Positions 28,486 through 39,307 of a stretch of DNA of 64,000 nucleotides are shown here, piece after piece (within the stretch, counting starts at the first letter, position 1; the number at the start of each line of letters is the position of its first letter). The position numbers and the translations under genes are program-made. This DNA is from an uncultured cyanobacterium (GTDB lineage Bacteria; Cyanobacteriota; Cyanobacteriia; CAKZMO01). The stretch spans positions 435,035 through 499,034 of the forward strand of contig CAVRCJ010000011.1 in assembly GCA_963719515.1 (NCBI GenBank), read 5' to 3'. The notes below the pieces were generated by a model, which was not told where the DNA came from, ran no database searches, and saw only the letters and a program-made list of their open reading frames with translations.

Positions 28486-31400
28486 CTAAAGATTGAGCTG
28501 CTGCTGGACAAGATGGTAGTACAGCCCTCGCTGAGCCATGAGAGCGTCGTGGTTTCCTGTTTCCACCAGAACGCCTTTGTCTAACACCAAAATTTGATCG
28601 GCGTGGCGCACCGTTGAGAGCCGATGGGCAATGACAAAAGTCGTGCGATCGCGCCTGATGTAGGCTAGGTTGGCTTGGAACCGGCGTTCGGACTCCGTAT
28701 CCAAAGAGCTAGTAGCCTCATCCAAAATCAGAATGCGCGGCTGACTGAGCAGGGCCCGGGCGATCGCAATTCGCTGGCGTTGCCCTCCCGACAGAGTTGA
28801 TCCCCGTTCGCCAACGGGAGTGCTGTACCCCAGAGGTAGGGATTGAATAAAACCGTGGGCCTCGGCGAGCTTGGCCGCCTCGATTGCGTCTTCTAGCGAG
28901 AATTCCGGGCGGTGAAGCACGATGTTGTCCAGAATGGTGCCCGAAAATAGGAAGCACTCCTGAGGCACCACCCCCAGCTGCGATCGCAGAGATGAGGGAG
29001 AGACATGGCGAATGTCGTGTTCGTCGACTGAAATTCGGCCCTGGTCGGGCTGATACAGCCCTTCCAAGAGCTTCACCAGCGTGCTCTTGCCCGAGCCGCT
29101 GCGCCCAACAATTGCCGCAGTTTGCCCCGCACTCAAACTGAAGGAGATATTTTGCAGCGTGTTGCGTTCGGCGTCGCTGCCGTAGCGAAAGGTGACATCC
29201 TCAAACACGACGTCGCCCTCAATAGGCGGCATCGTCATCATCGGCTGGCCCGACACTTCTTCGGGCCGCGTCTCAAAGACGTCGTTCAACCGCTCCACAG
29301 AGATGAGCACTTCTTGCAGCTCGTCCCACAGGTCTGCGAGTGCGATCACCGGGCTGATGACGTAGCCGATCATCATGTTAAAGGCCACAAACTGACCGAT
29401 GGTGAGCTGGTCTTGAATCACCAAGCTTGCCCCGTACCACAGCAACAGGGTGCTGCCCAGCGTATTGACCAAACCGTTCGCGGCCTGCAGCCCAATGCCA
29501 AATTTCTGCCCTCGAAACCGCACGTTCAGCTGCCGAGTGAGGTGCTCTTCCCACTGCCACCGCACCTCCCGCTCGGCGGCAGCGGACTTGATGCTGTGGA
29601 TGCCGGTCATCATTTCCACGAGTGATGAGTTTTGGTCGGCAGCTTCCTTAAAAATTTGCCGCGAAATTCTGCGGAGGAAGGGCGTCGACCCCAAGGTCAG
29701 CAGGACGATGGGCGGGATTAGCAGCAGCACCAGCAAGGTCAACCGCCAGTTGTAGTAGAGCATTAGCCCCAGGTACACAAATCCGGTGACAAAGTTGAGC
29801 CATGCTAGAACCACCTGGCCAATCAAAAACCGCTGAATCTTTTGATTTTCTTGAACGCGGGTAATGATATCCCCCACTCGCCGAGACTCAAAGAACTTGA
29901 GCGGCAGCGAGACGGTGTGACGAATAAACCCGCTGATCAGCGTCAGGTCGAGGCGATTGGAGAAATAGCTCAGCAGATATTGCCGCACCGACGACATGGC
30001 AATTGACCAAAGCCCAAAGATAACCAGCCCGATGGCGAAGACGTTCAGCGTCTCCAGGCTTTTTTGCACCACCACCTGGTCTAAAATCAGCTGAGTGAAT
30101 AGCGGCGTCACCAGCCCAAACACCTGAATGAGGAGGGAAACGCCAATCACCTGCAGCATCAGAGACCGGTAGGGCAGCAGTGCCCCCACATAGCGGCCTA
30201 GGGTGGCCTGTTTGACGGTGGTGTCGTATAGGGCATCCGTGGGGTCGAGCAGCAGGCCATAGCCGGTCCAGTGGGAGGTGAAATACTCTCGTGAGACGGA
30301 CTGCCGTCCCAATACCGGATCGGCGATCGCCACCTGATCCCCCGTGATCCGGTACACCACAATGTAGTGGTCTCCCTGCCAGTGGGCAATCCAGGGGTTG
30401 GCCTGCTCGGCCATGCGCCCCAGGCTCGCCCGTACGGGACGGGCCTGGTAGCCCAATCCCTCTGCCGCCTTGGCCAAACTCCGCAGGGTTGCCCCGGCGC
30501 GCCCGACGTTAGCCTGCTCCCGCAGAAAGTTTAGGGGAAATCGCTTGCCCCAGTACTGGGAAACCATTGACAGACAGGCTGCGCCACAGTCAGACGAACT
30601 CTGTTGCTCAACCCAGGGATACCGGTGCAGCCAATCTAGTAGTTTCCGGTTGACGGGTTTGGGGAAAGCGGGCGATCGCGGCGCTGAATAGGGCTCTGGC
30701 GATCGCTCTGGCGCTGAGGACGCGGTTGCCGAAAGGTGCCGGTCCTCACGGTTTGGAAGCACAGGTCTAACCCTGATTTCAGAACTCGCTCCCAGAGAGG
30801 CCCCAGATGGATTTGCCTGACTTGTACTCAGGGTTCTACCTGAGTGGGGCGACTCTGCTTCGCAAATGCTAGGAAGCCAATAGGCAACAACTTCAGTTTG
30901 GGTCGCGTGAACCGGCTGCTCGTCCGAATAGCTCCAGCTATCTCCCACTTGCAGCGGGGCGAGACCTTGGCCGTTGTTGGGATGCCGCTGAACCACCCCT
31001 TGTCGAATCCACCACCGGCCGTCTGAGCGGTAAGCGTCAGTAGAAAGGTCGGTCTGGGGCGCGATGCGGTGCTCAACTAGCTGAGAGAGCCAGGATTGAA
31101 GTTGATAACTGTGGGTGCCTGACAACGCCGTCAGACTCTTAAAGAAAATGAGCTGCTCTCGCTGCTGGGTCTTGGTTTGGAGGTAATCTCGCAGGGCCGG
31201 ACATTGGTCTAGCAGGACTATCAGCGTAGCTCTCGAAACGACAAGAAGCGTGGCTTGACTAGCCGCGATCGCCCGGTAGGGTAGCGCCGTTTCTGTAAAG
31301 ACGTCATCACCGCCGAACATGCCATCGGCCTGAAGCAGCTGCGCCGTCACGTCGCGCGCGCTTGCAGGGTTGTGGCACAGCAGCCGAACGCTGCCCTGAA

Positions 31401-31620
31401 CGACGAAATACAGGGCAGCGTTGGCCTCTTCAAGGGAGCGGCAAATGTCGTCTCCTAGGGAGTAGTCTTTGAGCGTAATGTTGGCAAGCAAGCTGTCGGA
31501 TATTGCAGACGCGCTTGGGTCTACCAAACTCATCAACCGCATTACGGTCTCAGGAACCTGAGTGACGCCTATGGTATCAGGAATAGGCGAATCTTTTCTG
31601 ATACCAAGATCGTAATTCAT
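28486..31620 (-). CDS. Peptidase-containing ABC transporter (cNMP-like + C39 + TM + ATPase), HetC-like architecture
   Basis: LYFVVQGSVRL cNMP-like domain; QQSSSDCGAAC...HYIVV...ADP C39 triad; GRSGSGKST, LSGGQRQ. Confidence 0.92.
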   Translation of the reverse strand: MNYDLGIRKDSPIPDTIGVTQVPETVMRLMSLVDPSASAISDSLLANITLKDYSLGDDICRSLEEANAALYFVVQGSVRLLCHNPASARDVTAQLLQADGMFGGDDVFTETALPYRAIAASQATLLVVSRATLIVLLDQCPALRDYLQTKTQQREQLIFFKSLTALSGTHSYQLQSWLSQLVEHRIAPQTDLSTDAYRSDGRWWIRQGVVQRHPNNGQGLAPLQVGDSWSYSDEQPVHATQTEVVAYWLPSICEAESPHSGRTLSTSQANPSGASLGASSEIRVRPVLPNREDRHLSATASSAPERSPEPYSAPRSPAFPKPVNRKLLDWLHRYPWVEQQSSSDCGAACLSMVSQYWGKRFPLNFLREQANVGRAGATLRSLAKAAEGLGYQARPVRASLGRMAEQANPWIAHWQGDHYIVVYRITGDQVAIADPVLGRQSVSREYFTSHWTGYGLLLDPTDALYDTTVKQATLGRYVGALLPYRSLMLQVIGVSLLIQVFGLVTPLFTQLILDQVVVQKSLETLNVFAIGLVIFGLWSIAMSSVRQYLLSYFSNRLDLTLISGFIRHTVSLPLKFFESRRVGDIITRVQENQKIQRFLIGQVVLAWLNFVTGFVYLGLMLYYNWRLTLLVLLLIPPIVLLTLGSTPFLRRISRQIFKEAADQNSSLVEMMTGIHSIKSAAAEREVRWQWEEHLTRQLNVRFRGQKFGIGLQAANGLVNTLGSTLLLWYGASLVIQDQLTIGQFVAFNMMIGYVISPVIALADLWDELQEVLISVERLNDVFETRPEEVSGQPMMTMPPIEGDVVFEDVTFRYGSDAERNTLQNISFSLSAGQTAAIVGRSGSGKSTLVKLLEGLYQPDQGRISVDEHDIRHVSPSSLRSQLGVVPQECFLFSGTILDNIVLHRPEFSLEDAIEAAKLAEAHGFIQSLPLGYSTPVGERGSTLSGGQRQRIAIARALLSQPRILILDEATSSLDTESERRFQANLAYIRRDRTTFVIAHRLSTVRHADQILVLDKGVLVETGNHDALMAQRGLYYHLVQQQLNL

Positions 31621-32257
31621 GGTAAGCCTCGGAAATAAGGGGTTACATTGACGTCAATCTAGCCGGATCAACTGGAATCCTATTTGCGAAGTCTGGAAAT
31701 CGAATGGAGAACAGAGCCTATCTATTGGGATCTAGAGCAGTTCTTAAAATAGAGCCATTACTATTTACGGCCCCTTACCGCCGAAGGGCACTGTCACGGC
31801 ATGAGAAAAAGCCGCTGATGTATTATTAACTTTCATGTTTAAAGTTTGCTTAAATTGAATGAATTAGTTGGCAAATACAGACGGAGCGTAAACGAGAGAT
31901 CTAAAAAGTTACAGAAGGTATCTCAGTTTAAAAAGTCCTGAAAACTCCTTGCTGCACTGCTGCTAGCGCCAAACCTTTAATTTACGTACTCTGTATTTTA
32001 TTATTTAATTTGTATAGGCTATTTTCCCTGACATGAGCCTTCTATGTCAATTCAATGACTCAATATAAAACATTATTAAGACATTTGTAGTCTTGTTTTA
32101 CTGATGAAAACAGCTTGCCGACCTAACACCAACTGGTAAAGACGTAGCTATCGGTAGAAGCCTCTTAGATCACCCGTCTACTTTCTAGGACAGGGTTACT
32201 CAAAGCTTGAACTGTTTCCTGAGTCGATGACCTACGATCGCCTCTCTCTTTCGGCAT

Positions 32258-32803
32258 CTATTCGCTGATGCAGCGTGGCTTAATAGGTTCAGCAGGATTA
32301 CCGGCATAAATGGTCATGGGCTGAAGCGATCGCCCGGTGACGCTTCCCAGCCCCAGTACTGCGCCTTTGGCAATCGTTACGCCGGGACCGATGACGGCCT
32401 TAGCCGCTATCCAGGCGCTAGATTCGATGGCGATGGGGGCAATTTTGAGCGAGAAATGGGGATGGCTCCAGTCGTGGTTGCCGGTGCAGAGATAGACGCC
32501 TTGGGAGAGGCAGACATTGTCGCCGATGGTCACCTCGGCCAGGTTGTCTATCCAAGCGTCTTCGCCAATCCAGCTGTGGTCGCCAATGGTGAGCCGCCAT
32601 GGAAACTTGATGCGCACGCCGGGCTTGATGCGCACGCCGGTGCCGACGGTGGCTCCGAAGAGACGGAGGGTTTTGACTTTGAGAGCGGAGAAGGGAAGGA
32701 GATGGCTTTGGATGAGAGGGCTGCCAAGAAAGTACCAAAGAAGCTGTTGGAGGCGCACAGCTCCCGGGTTGTAGGGGCTGGTGGTGTAGTGACTGAGATG
32801 CAT
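32258..32803 (-). CDS. wcaF: WcaF-like polysaccharide acetyltransferase
   Basis: RIKFPWRLTIGDHSWIGE...CLSQGVYLCTGNHDW; hexapeptide repeats. Confidence 0.85.
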   Translation of the reverse strand: MHLSHYTTSPYNPGAVRLQQLLWYFLGSPLIQSHLLPFSALKVKTLRLFGATVGTGVRIKPGVRIKFPWRLTIGDHSWIGEDAWIDNLAEVTIGDNVCLSQGVYLCTGNHDWSHPHFSLKIAPIAIESSAWIAAKAVIGPGVTIAKGAVLGLGSVTGRSLQPMTIYAGNPAEPIKPRCISE

Positions 32804-32843
32804 CTATCTATTAAGCAAATTTTTGTTTCTCTGGAAACAATAG

Positions 32844-32955
32844 TCCGGACACTTTTCTGGACAAGTGCCGAAACCATTGATTTCTCGTTGACCGAGCTGC
32901 TGTAGAAGAGGCTTGAAACCCTCATTCCACCGTTAGCCATCAAAAACTGTCCGGA
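32844..32955. mobile_element. Small (~112 bp) element with inverted ends, followed by a long palindrome
   Basis: TCCGGACACTTTT...AAAACTGTCCGGA; adjacent GTGCCACCTGAAAGCGCT...AGCGCTTTCAAGTGGCAC. Confidence 0.45.
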
Positions 32956-33094
32956 GTGCCACCTGAAAGCGCTGTACCAGCGCTTTCAAGTGGCACTACC
33001 CATTTCAGCAATAGGAGCAAGCTGATGCTTCTTGCCCCTGTTGCTGAGTAACACAGGAAAGTAGGGTGAGCCCTACCTTCCCCGTGCTCCAAAT

Positions 33095-33688
33095 CTAGGC
33101 CTCTTCTACAGCGGCCTCGCGGCGCTTGCGGCGGGCAGCTGCGGTCATACCCACTACTGCCGCGATCGCCCCTGCAGTAGTGACTGGCTCGGGAACGGGT
33201 TCATTGACGGTAAGAGGCTCTGCGGCAGGATTAAATCCACCGCCCCTGACCGCTAGAAAGTCGCCTGCACCAGGGTCAAAAAAGGTAAAGTTAGTGCCAC
33301 CTAATGAAAACCGAAAGAATTCGCCGTCAACGATATCTAGCTCGCCAGCGCCGTTTATCGCAAACAAGCCCGGATCAGAGAAGGTACCCGAATCCATAAA
33401 CGGTCTTAAAAAGCTTACCGTGAATTCGCTGAGATCAGTCGGGTCTGTAAATTCGATACTGCCTTTAAAGGCTGGATTACCCAGTCCCGTATTGCCTGCA
33501 GTAGTTTGAGTAGTGAAACCGAACTTAACTGCTTGTGCTGGAGTGAAAAACCCTGCTGTAACGATTACGGAAGAAGCTCCTAAGGCGGCGAGCATCACCT
33601 TACGGTTAAGCAGGCTGGCGCTAAATGTGCCTAAGTTAGAAAGTGGATTGCGAATCATGGTTGTGTGTATAAGTTGATTACTGGACAA
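33095..33688 (-). CDS. PEP-CTERM sorting-domain surface protein
   Basis: Signal peptide ending PAQA; C-terminal VPEP + TM helix + RRKRR. Confidence 0.88.
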   Translation of the reverse strand: MSSNQLIHTTMIRNPLSNLGTFSASLLNRKVMLAALGASSVIVTAGFFTPAQAVKFGFTTQTTAGNTGLGNPAFKGSIEFTDPTDLSEFTVSFLRPFMDSGTFSDPGLFAINGAGELDIVDGEFFRFSLGGTNFTFFDPGAGDFLAVRGGGFNPAAEPLTVNEPVPEPVTTAGAIAAVVGMTAAARRKRREAAVEEA

Positions 33689-34201
33689 TTAGTTACTGGA
33701 CAATATAGATGCCCAATGTGGCGAGTCACCCTGACGTTAACCCGAGAATACCTAACCTCGTCTATCAAAGCTTGAGCAGAGCTACGCTTCGCCTAAATTG
33801 GTATGGAAGAATCCCTATACAGCTGTAGCTTTAGATGGATATATCGTCTGAATTTAGCTCAAGGTGTGGGCTAGCATCTTAAATCTTGGTTACGGCAATC
33901 TGCGACTTATCACGAAAGCCGTGTAGAGTCCCTAAAGTAGACGCCATTCCCAATAACACCGGCTAAAAGGGCAAGCGCAATCCCGGTATTGAGAAGAAAT
34001 ACGCTTATAGCCACGTTGCTGCTACTACAGCGTCTGAATTAGCAGTTGCACAACTGCAGCTTAACGCAGCCATGCGGCTTAGTACTAGGAAAACAATTGC
34101 GAATTCATGCAAATTTCATAGCACCTTTCCAACCTTAAGCCACAACAACTTTCCTAAGCAAAACGCTACTTTTCAACCTGGCTGATGCCTCTTTGTTATC
34201 G

Positions 34202-34957
34202 CTACACTCTTACCCAGGAGCTAGCTTGCCAAAGACAGTAAAACAGCGCTGCCGAAACTAATGCTCCCAAGCACCATTTGATGGCCGTTTTCAGTAAGTC
34301 TAAACGCTGACGCGATCGTAGCGCTAGAGCGGTAGAGTCGAGCTGGCTTTGCGCTTGTGTCAGCGAAGTAGACAGATCATTTTTCAGATCGGCGACGGGC
34401 GCATTGGGCGCTGCCCCCGCTACCCCACTGGCCTGTAATAGCGGAGTCAGAGACTCTACCGTACTTGCCTGCTGCAGCTGTTCACGGGCCTGCTGAATCT
34501 GGACTCGCTGCTGCTCCAGCTGGATAACAACGCGATCGCTGTTTAAGTTATTAACGCGGTAGGTATTAATAACTCCCAGTGGCACTAACAGCACCAAAAC
34601 CACAGCCTGAGCGAGACAGAGCCAAGAGAGTATGCGCAGTACAGGCAGCTCCCAAGCGGAGCGATGTTTCTCATACCCGGCAAAGATGAAAACAAATGCT
34701 AGTAGGGGAATTACCGTTTTCTCGACAATTTGCCCGAAGGTTTGAAATTCCCACTCAGGATTGAGACCCTGAAATGGAATCATCATCACAACAAGATCAA
34801 AAACGGCAAGCACGAGCAGACCATAACCGAATAGACGAAATAGATTAATCGACTTGCTTAGAGATGCCTCTAATCCTTGAAGTTGCGTAGTAATACTCTG
34901 CTGCCATAGAGGCTCACCGGTAGGCTGCTGGTTTGAATGGGGATGAGTAGGGGTCAT
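34202..34957 (-). CDS. HpsJ-like membrane protein (cyanoexosortase A-associated)
   Basis: GYGLLVLAVFD...NPEWEFQTFGQIVE...KWCLGALVS. Confidence 0.75.
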   Translation of the reverse strand: MTPTHPHSNQQPTGEPLWQQSITTQLQGLEASLSKSINLFRLFGYGLLVLAVFDLVVMMIPFQGLNPEWEFQTFGQIVEKTVIPLLAFVFIFAGYEKHRSAWELPVLRILSWLCLAQAVVLVLLVPLGVINTYRVNNLNSDRVVIQLEQQRVQIQQAREQLQQASTVESLTPLLQASGVAGAAPNAPVADLKNDLSTSLTQAQSQLDSTALALRSRQRLDLLKTAIKWCLGALVSAALFYCLWQASSWVRV

Positions 34958-34999
34958 AAATAGTTCGATTGGATGAAAGTGACGTCGAAAGGAACAAGT

Positions 35000-35620
35000 T
35001 CAAATTTGCGGAAACTCAGGTTGCCAACGCGCATTGAGATCACGCCAAGCTGTCTCTAACAGCGGAAGCACTGTTTCTGCCCGCTGAGACTCTAGCGGTG
35101 TCGACAATGTGAGCCGTAAGCAACGAGGATCGCGAAACACAGCGGTCTGGTCCAGCGCTAAGGCCATAACTCTCTGAGGTTGAACCGCCTGCCAGAGCTG
35201 GTTACGGCTGAACTGCTGCGCTGTGACAGTTGTCGTGCCATTTGGATTGATGCAGGCCGTTAAAAAGGCGGCTTCTTCAGTGACAAACAGTCCGTAGGAG
35301 CCAAGTTTTTCCACCTTACGGATCATTATCTCTGTCTCCGGAACGCGCCACTGATTTCTGATTTTGCTGGGCAAGTTTCCACCCTGCTGCAGAGTTGTAT
35401 GAATCTTGAGCGTTGTCTCTTGATCGCGGTAGTAGTAAGTGTTGCTTCGGTCTACCTGTTCATGATTGAACCACTGCCAGTCTGAGAGCGGCAGCTGCTC
35501 AGGCAAGACCAGTGGCGATGGCTTGACAGAAACAACAGGCGTCGTCAATGTTTTCACGAAGGTGAACGCTGTTGCGGCACAGGCCATCCCCAGTACAAGG
35601 CGCGTAAGCATGGTAGGCAT
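35000..35620 (-). CDS. Cyanoexosortase A system-associated protein
   Basis: LPEQLPLSDWQ...LTACINPNGTTTVTAQQF...DPRCL; adjacent to the exosortase. Confidence 0.75.
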   Translation of the reverse strand: MPTMLTRLVLGMACAATAFTFVKTLTTPVVSVKPSPLVLPEQLPLSDWQWFNHEQVDRSNTYYYRDQETTLKIHTTLQQGGNLPSKIRNQWRVPETEIMIRKVEKLGSYGLFVTEEAAFLTACINPNGTTTVTAQQFSRNQLWQAVQPQRVMALALDQTAVFRDPRCLRLTLSTPLESQRAETVLPLLETAWRDLNARWQPEFPQI

Positions 35621-35622
35621 TT

Positions 35623-36561
35623 CTATAGGGGAACTGGCTGCTGAGGGCTCTGAGTGGCGACGTCAATAGACGGGAGTCTGTAGAGGTAAATTCCTATAAA
35701 TAGACTCATCGCCACTAGGCTGAACAGGCTTGCTCCTTCTCCCTGGTGCCAGTAGCTAAAGCTGTCGCTCTGATTGGCGACAAGGATTGTGAGTAAGACT
35801 ACACGTACGCCGTTGACAACAAAGGCTATCCCCATCGCGAGCAGGGGCGCGGCAACATTGGCCCATCGCCTGACGGGAAAGACAATCATGAAGGCTAGAC
35901 AAATGCACAGCAGGTGGCTGATGCTGCCGATGCCAGAACATTCTGCATAGACATCCACGCTCCCGGACGGCAAGCTAATGACGGTGCCCTGCTGGCTGAC
36001 GTCGAATCCGGTATACCACAGAATGGCGGTGGCAAACGCTGCCGTTAGCGGCGAAATGTCTACAAACCAGCGAGGCATTAGCAGACTCAATGGCCCCAGC
36101 AACACCAGCAAAGTTAAAACTTGAGAGTGCCGCTGTATGCCTTGAAAGCCTTCTACTAGCAGAAGCAATCCCAGCGCGATCGCGATCGGTAGAATAGCGG
36201 GCGATCCCCCTGGCTGGCTGTACAAATATGCCTTAAGTAATATCAGTCCTAGGAGCAGGAGGCCTATGCCCTTAGCGATATAGCTGCCAGTCCACTGAAT
36301 TTGATTGCGACGTAACCAGACGAAGTAGCTTGTGATAGACCAAGGCAGCAGGCTGTGGTTAACAAAGTCAAGCTGAGGCGTTTTCGCGACCAAGCTCGCT
36401 TGAATGGCAATCAGACCGGCTGCTAGCGCCAGTATCCAGTAGCGCAGGGTGTGGAACTCATTAGCGGCAGGTGGTGTCGATGAAAGTAGCATGTCGGCAG
36501 GACTCTGCATAGGAGTAGGCATTATGGCCAAGGGCACAATACGGGCCCTTTCCAATTCCAT
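35623..36561 (-). CDS. Cyanoexosortase A
   Basis: Multi-TM protein with V..ECSG, VNGVRV and FSYWHQGEG (Cys/Arg/His triad). Confidence 0.88.
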   Translation of the reverse strand: MELERARIVPLAIMPTPMQSPADMLLSSTPPAANEFHTLRYWILALAAGLIAIQASLVAKTPQLDFVNHSLLPWSITSYFVWLRRNQIQWTGSYIAKGIGLLLLGLILLKAYLYSQPGGSPAILPIAIALGLLLLVEGFQGIQRHSQVLTLLVLLGPLSLLMPRWFVDISPLTAAFATAILWYTGFDVSQQGTVISLPSGSVDVYAECSGIGSISHLLCICLAFMIVFPVRRWANVAAPLLAMGIAFVVNGVRVVLLTILVANQSDSFSYWHQGEGASLFSLVAMSLFIGIYLYRLPSIDVATQSPQQPVPL

Positions 36562-36639
36562 TACTCCCTACGTAGGGCTTGTGCTGAGTCCAGCTAAGTT
36601 TGGGCGTTGCTTACGCAATTTTTGGATATAGCTCTCTGC

Positions 36640-37407
36640 CTACTTCTGATTCTCATATTCGATGAGGCGAATGGAGAGCAGCGTTTCGGCTAGTATCCTT
36701 TGAAAGGCGTAATACCAGCCAGGCCAGCCGTCGAGGATACCGCGCTTGATAACAAGGCAGTATACAAGCACAATGAAGGGGGCAAGAACTTTGGTTTTGC
36801 GGATGCGATCGCCCACGCTCAGCTCACTGGTGGGGGTTCCAAGCAGCTTTTTGACTTCTAGCACCATGTAGCGATCCTGCGCCCAGAGCCAGCGGCTCAG
36901 TGGCTTGCGATCGTCGTGGTAGACGTAGCTAGTGAGCTGGCCTGAGTTGCCATCCACTGCTAAAACCTGGGTGTGACCGTCATCGATATAGTGGCTTTTT
37001 TGAGTGCGGTGAAGCACCTGGCGCGGAGGCAGGAGGGTGCCGCTGAGAGGTTTGCCGAAGACGCAATATTTGAAGCGTATGAAGTAGCCGTCGTAAGAAT
37101 CCTCTGGGGAAAGAACTTTTAGTTCGGCAATGAGGTCGTCGGACAAGACATAGTCGGCATCGAGGGAAAGGGTCCAGGGAGTAGTGACTTGCTCTAGACC
37201 ATAGTTCCACTGGTTAGCGTGAGTGTCGAAGGAGCGCTGGAAGACTTCGACCTGAGGATATTTCTTGAGGATATTGAGGGTGCCGTCAGAGCTATATTTG
37301 CTGTCGACGACGACAATGCGGCTCGCCCAGGTTAGCTTTTGCAGGGTACGATCGATATTGGGAGCCTCGTTGTAGACAAGGATGAGGGGCGTGACTTTGT
37401 ATAGCAT
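36640..37407 (-). CDS. GT2 glycosyltransferase
   Basis: PLILVYNEAPNI, SLDADY, HDDRK. Confidence 0.88.
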   Translation of the reverse strand: MLYKVTPLILVYNEAPNIDRTLQKLTWASRIVVVDSKYSSDGTLNILKKYPQVEVFQRSFDTHANQWNYGLEQVTTPWTLSLDADYVLSDDLIAELKVLSPEDSYDGYFIRFKYCVFGKPLSGTLLPPRQVLHRTQKSHYIDDGHTQVLAVDGNSGQLTSYVYHDDRKPLSRWLWAQDRYMVLEVKKLLGTPTSELSVGDRIRKTKVLAPFIVLVYCLVIKRGILDGWPGWYYAFQRILAETLLSIRLIEYENQK

Positions 37408-37409
37408 TA

Positions 37410-38095
37410 AATTACTCCATCTAGCTTGAAAAACGAACTTTAGAGCCAAGTTTAATGAAGTTTATAAAAACCTTGGATACAGCTGGAAGAGAGAAAATTT
37501 TGTCATCAGTTCTAGCAATAATTCTCCCGTCAAAAATTCGAAATCTGTACTCTTTTAGTAAGCTAACAACTTCTTCCTTTTTGAAAAATTTGTCTAAGTA
37601 AACGGCCTTTGTCCGGATTTTCTTTAACCAGATTACCTGCACCTATTAGAGCTTCAAGCTCTTGGCCTTCGCCGTCGATTTTTATTATTAGAGAATTTCC
37701 TGCAAAGCCAAATGAATCTAGTCGTTTATATAGAATCTGCGTAGTAGATTTGTTTTCATAGTGATACCCGGATGCATTCTCTACAGTTGTAAAGGTATGC
37801 AAAACAGTCCCATGTAGGAATTTAAGATTGCCTTCCTTATCCGATATGGCGTAGTTAAAAGCTTCAAAGCCGTATCTATGAGAATTTATCTCAAGCCTCT
37901 TATAAGTATCTGGGTTAGCTTCAAAAGCGTACACGGCGAGGTTATTTATTATGTTTTGTATCGGCCAAAAACGGAAGAAATACTTTTATATTAACGCCAA
38001 CATCTATAAATAAATCTCCTGCCTCTATTAATTTTGAAAATAATACTTTAAATTCACCTTTAGTCTTTGTTTTGATTTCGAGCTACTCAGGACTA
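37410..38095 (-). pseudogene. Degraded FkbM family methyltransferase
   Basis: Fragments FIDVGVN, YAFEANPDTY and IKIDGEGQE in different frames; AT-rich. Confidence 0.7.
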
Positions 38096-38098
38096 GAA

Positions 38099-39290
38099 TC
38101 AATGTCCATTTTTTAGCTCTTTATGAACAGTGCACTGATAGATCGCTACAAGCTGAGCTGCAACGCTCTCCCAGGTATAATTTCTCAAGACAAACTGTCG
38201 GGCGCGATCGCCCATCTCTTTAGACTCTTCAGGATGCTGAAGAACCTTTTCTAAAGCAGTAGCCACTGACTCAATCGTCATACTCGCCACGTATCCTAGT
38301 TCGTGCATCTCGACTAGCGTCGACAGCGCGACCCCAGGCGTCGACACGACCGGAAGTCCTGCTGCTAGCGCCTCTAGAACAACAATTCCGAAGTTTTCAG
38401 AATATGAGGTTAGAGCAAAAACATCAGAGCCTTGCAGCAGCTGAGCTTTTTCGCTTCCTTGAACAAATCCAGAAAAACGGACCCGATCAGACAGATGAGA
38501 GTTACTCACTAAAGCCTTAATACTATCTTCGTATGTCGGATCTCCGCTGCCGGCAATAATGAGCGTGAACCGATGGTGCTTTAGCTGTTCTGCTGCAGAA
38601 ATCAACAGCTCTAGTCCCTTCTTGGGATGGATCCGAGATAGGAACAAAATGATGGGCTCATCCGAGGGAAGCTGGAGCTCGCTCTCGCAGCTGGCGGCGA
38701 GCATCAGGAATTTGATCGGGAACGTGAAGCCCATGGGGAATTGTCAGCATCGGTGGAGCCAACCCCAAATCAGCGATCTCTTCCTGCTCTAGGCTGGAAT
38801 TAAGAAGTAGAGCTGAGCTGTGATTGAGATTTCCTCGCTCCGCAAGTTCAAGATAGACTTGCTTCTTGGCAGCACTTTGCTGCCTTGACCATTGACAGAG
38901 CAGACCATGGGGAGAGATGACATAGGGTACCTTTTTCAGGCGAGCAATGGCCATGGCAACGGTGGGAACGTAGGAGAACAGCGCATGAACATGGAGGACG
39001 TCATAGCGCTGAATGTTTTGCCATAGCCAAACGGTAAACTCGCGCGAGACAGCGTATTCTCGAACAGCGGCGCTGTTGGGGGAAAAGCGAGGGAAGAATT
39101 GAACTGGAACATGACGATATTGGCTGAAATAGCCAAGCGGCACGTCTAAAGTCTCAAGGCCATTGTCGTTTGTAGTTGCAATCTGTGCATTGACGTTATG
39201 GACTTGAAGTGCGCCAATCATCTCTAGTACAGCTTGGCTGACCCCTCCCCGAACATCGGCGACAGAAGGCGTGACGTGCAAAATTTTCAT
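38099..39290 (-). pseudogene. GT4 glycosyltransferase split by a +1 frameshift near 38678 (or assembly error)
   Basis: MKILHVTP...HVHALFS...SPHG in the first frame; FLSRIHPKKG...ENFGIVVLEA in the second. Confidence 0.85.
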
Positions 39291-39307
39291 GGTTCAATAC
39301 TTCTGTA

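Noticed and set aside
26274..31620. Evidence that the host forms heterocysts
   Set aside because: HetP and HetC-like genes also occur in non-heterocystous cyanobacteria, and there are no nif or hgl genes here
31861..31873. Palindrome site upstream of the peptidase ABC gene
   Set aside because: Only a half site (TTGGCA) with no well-spaced -10 box
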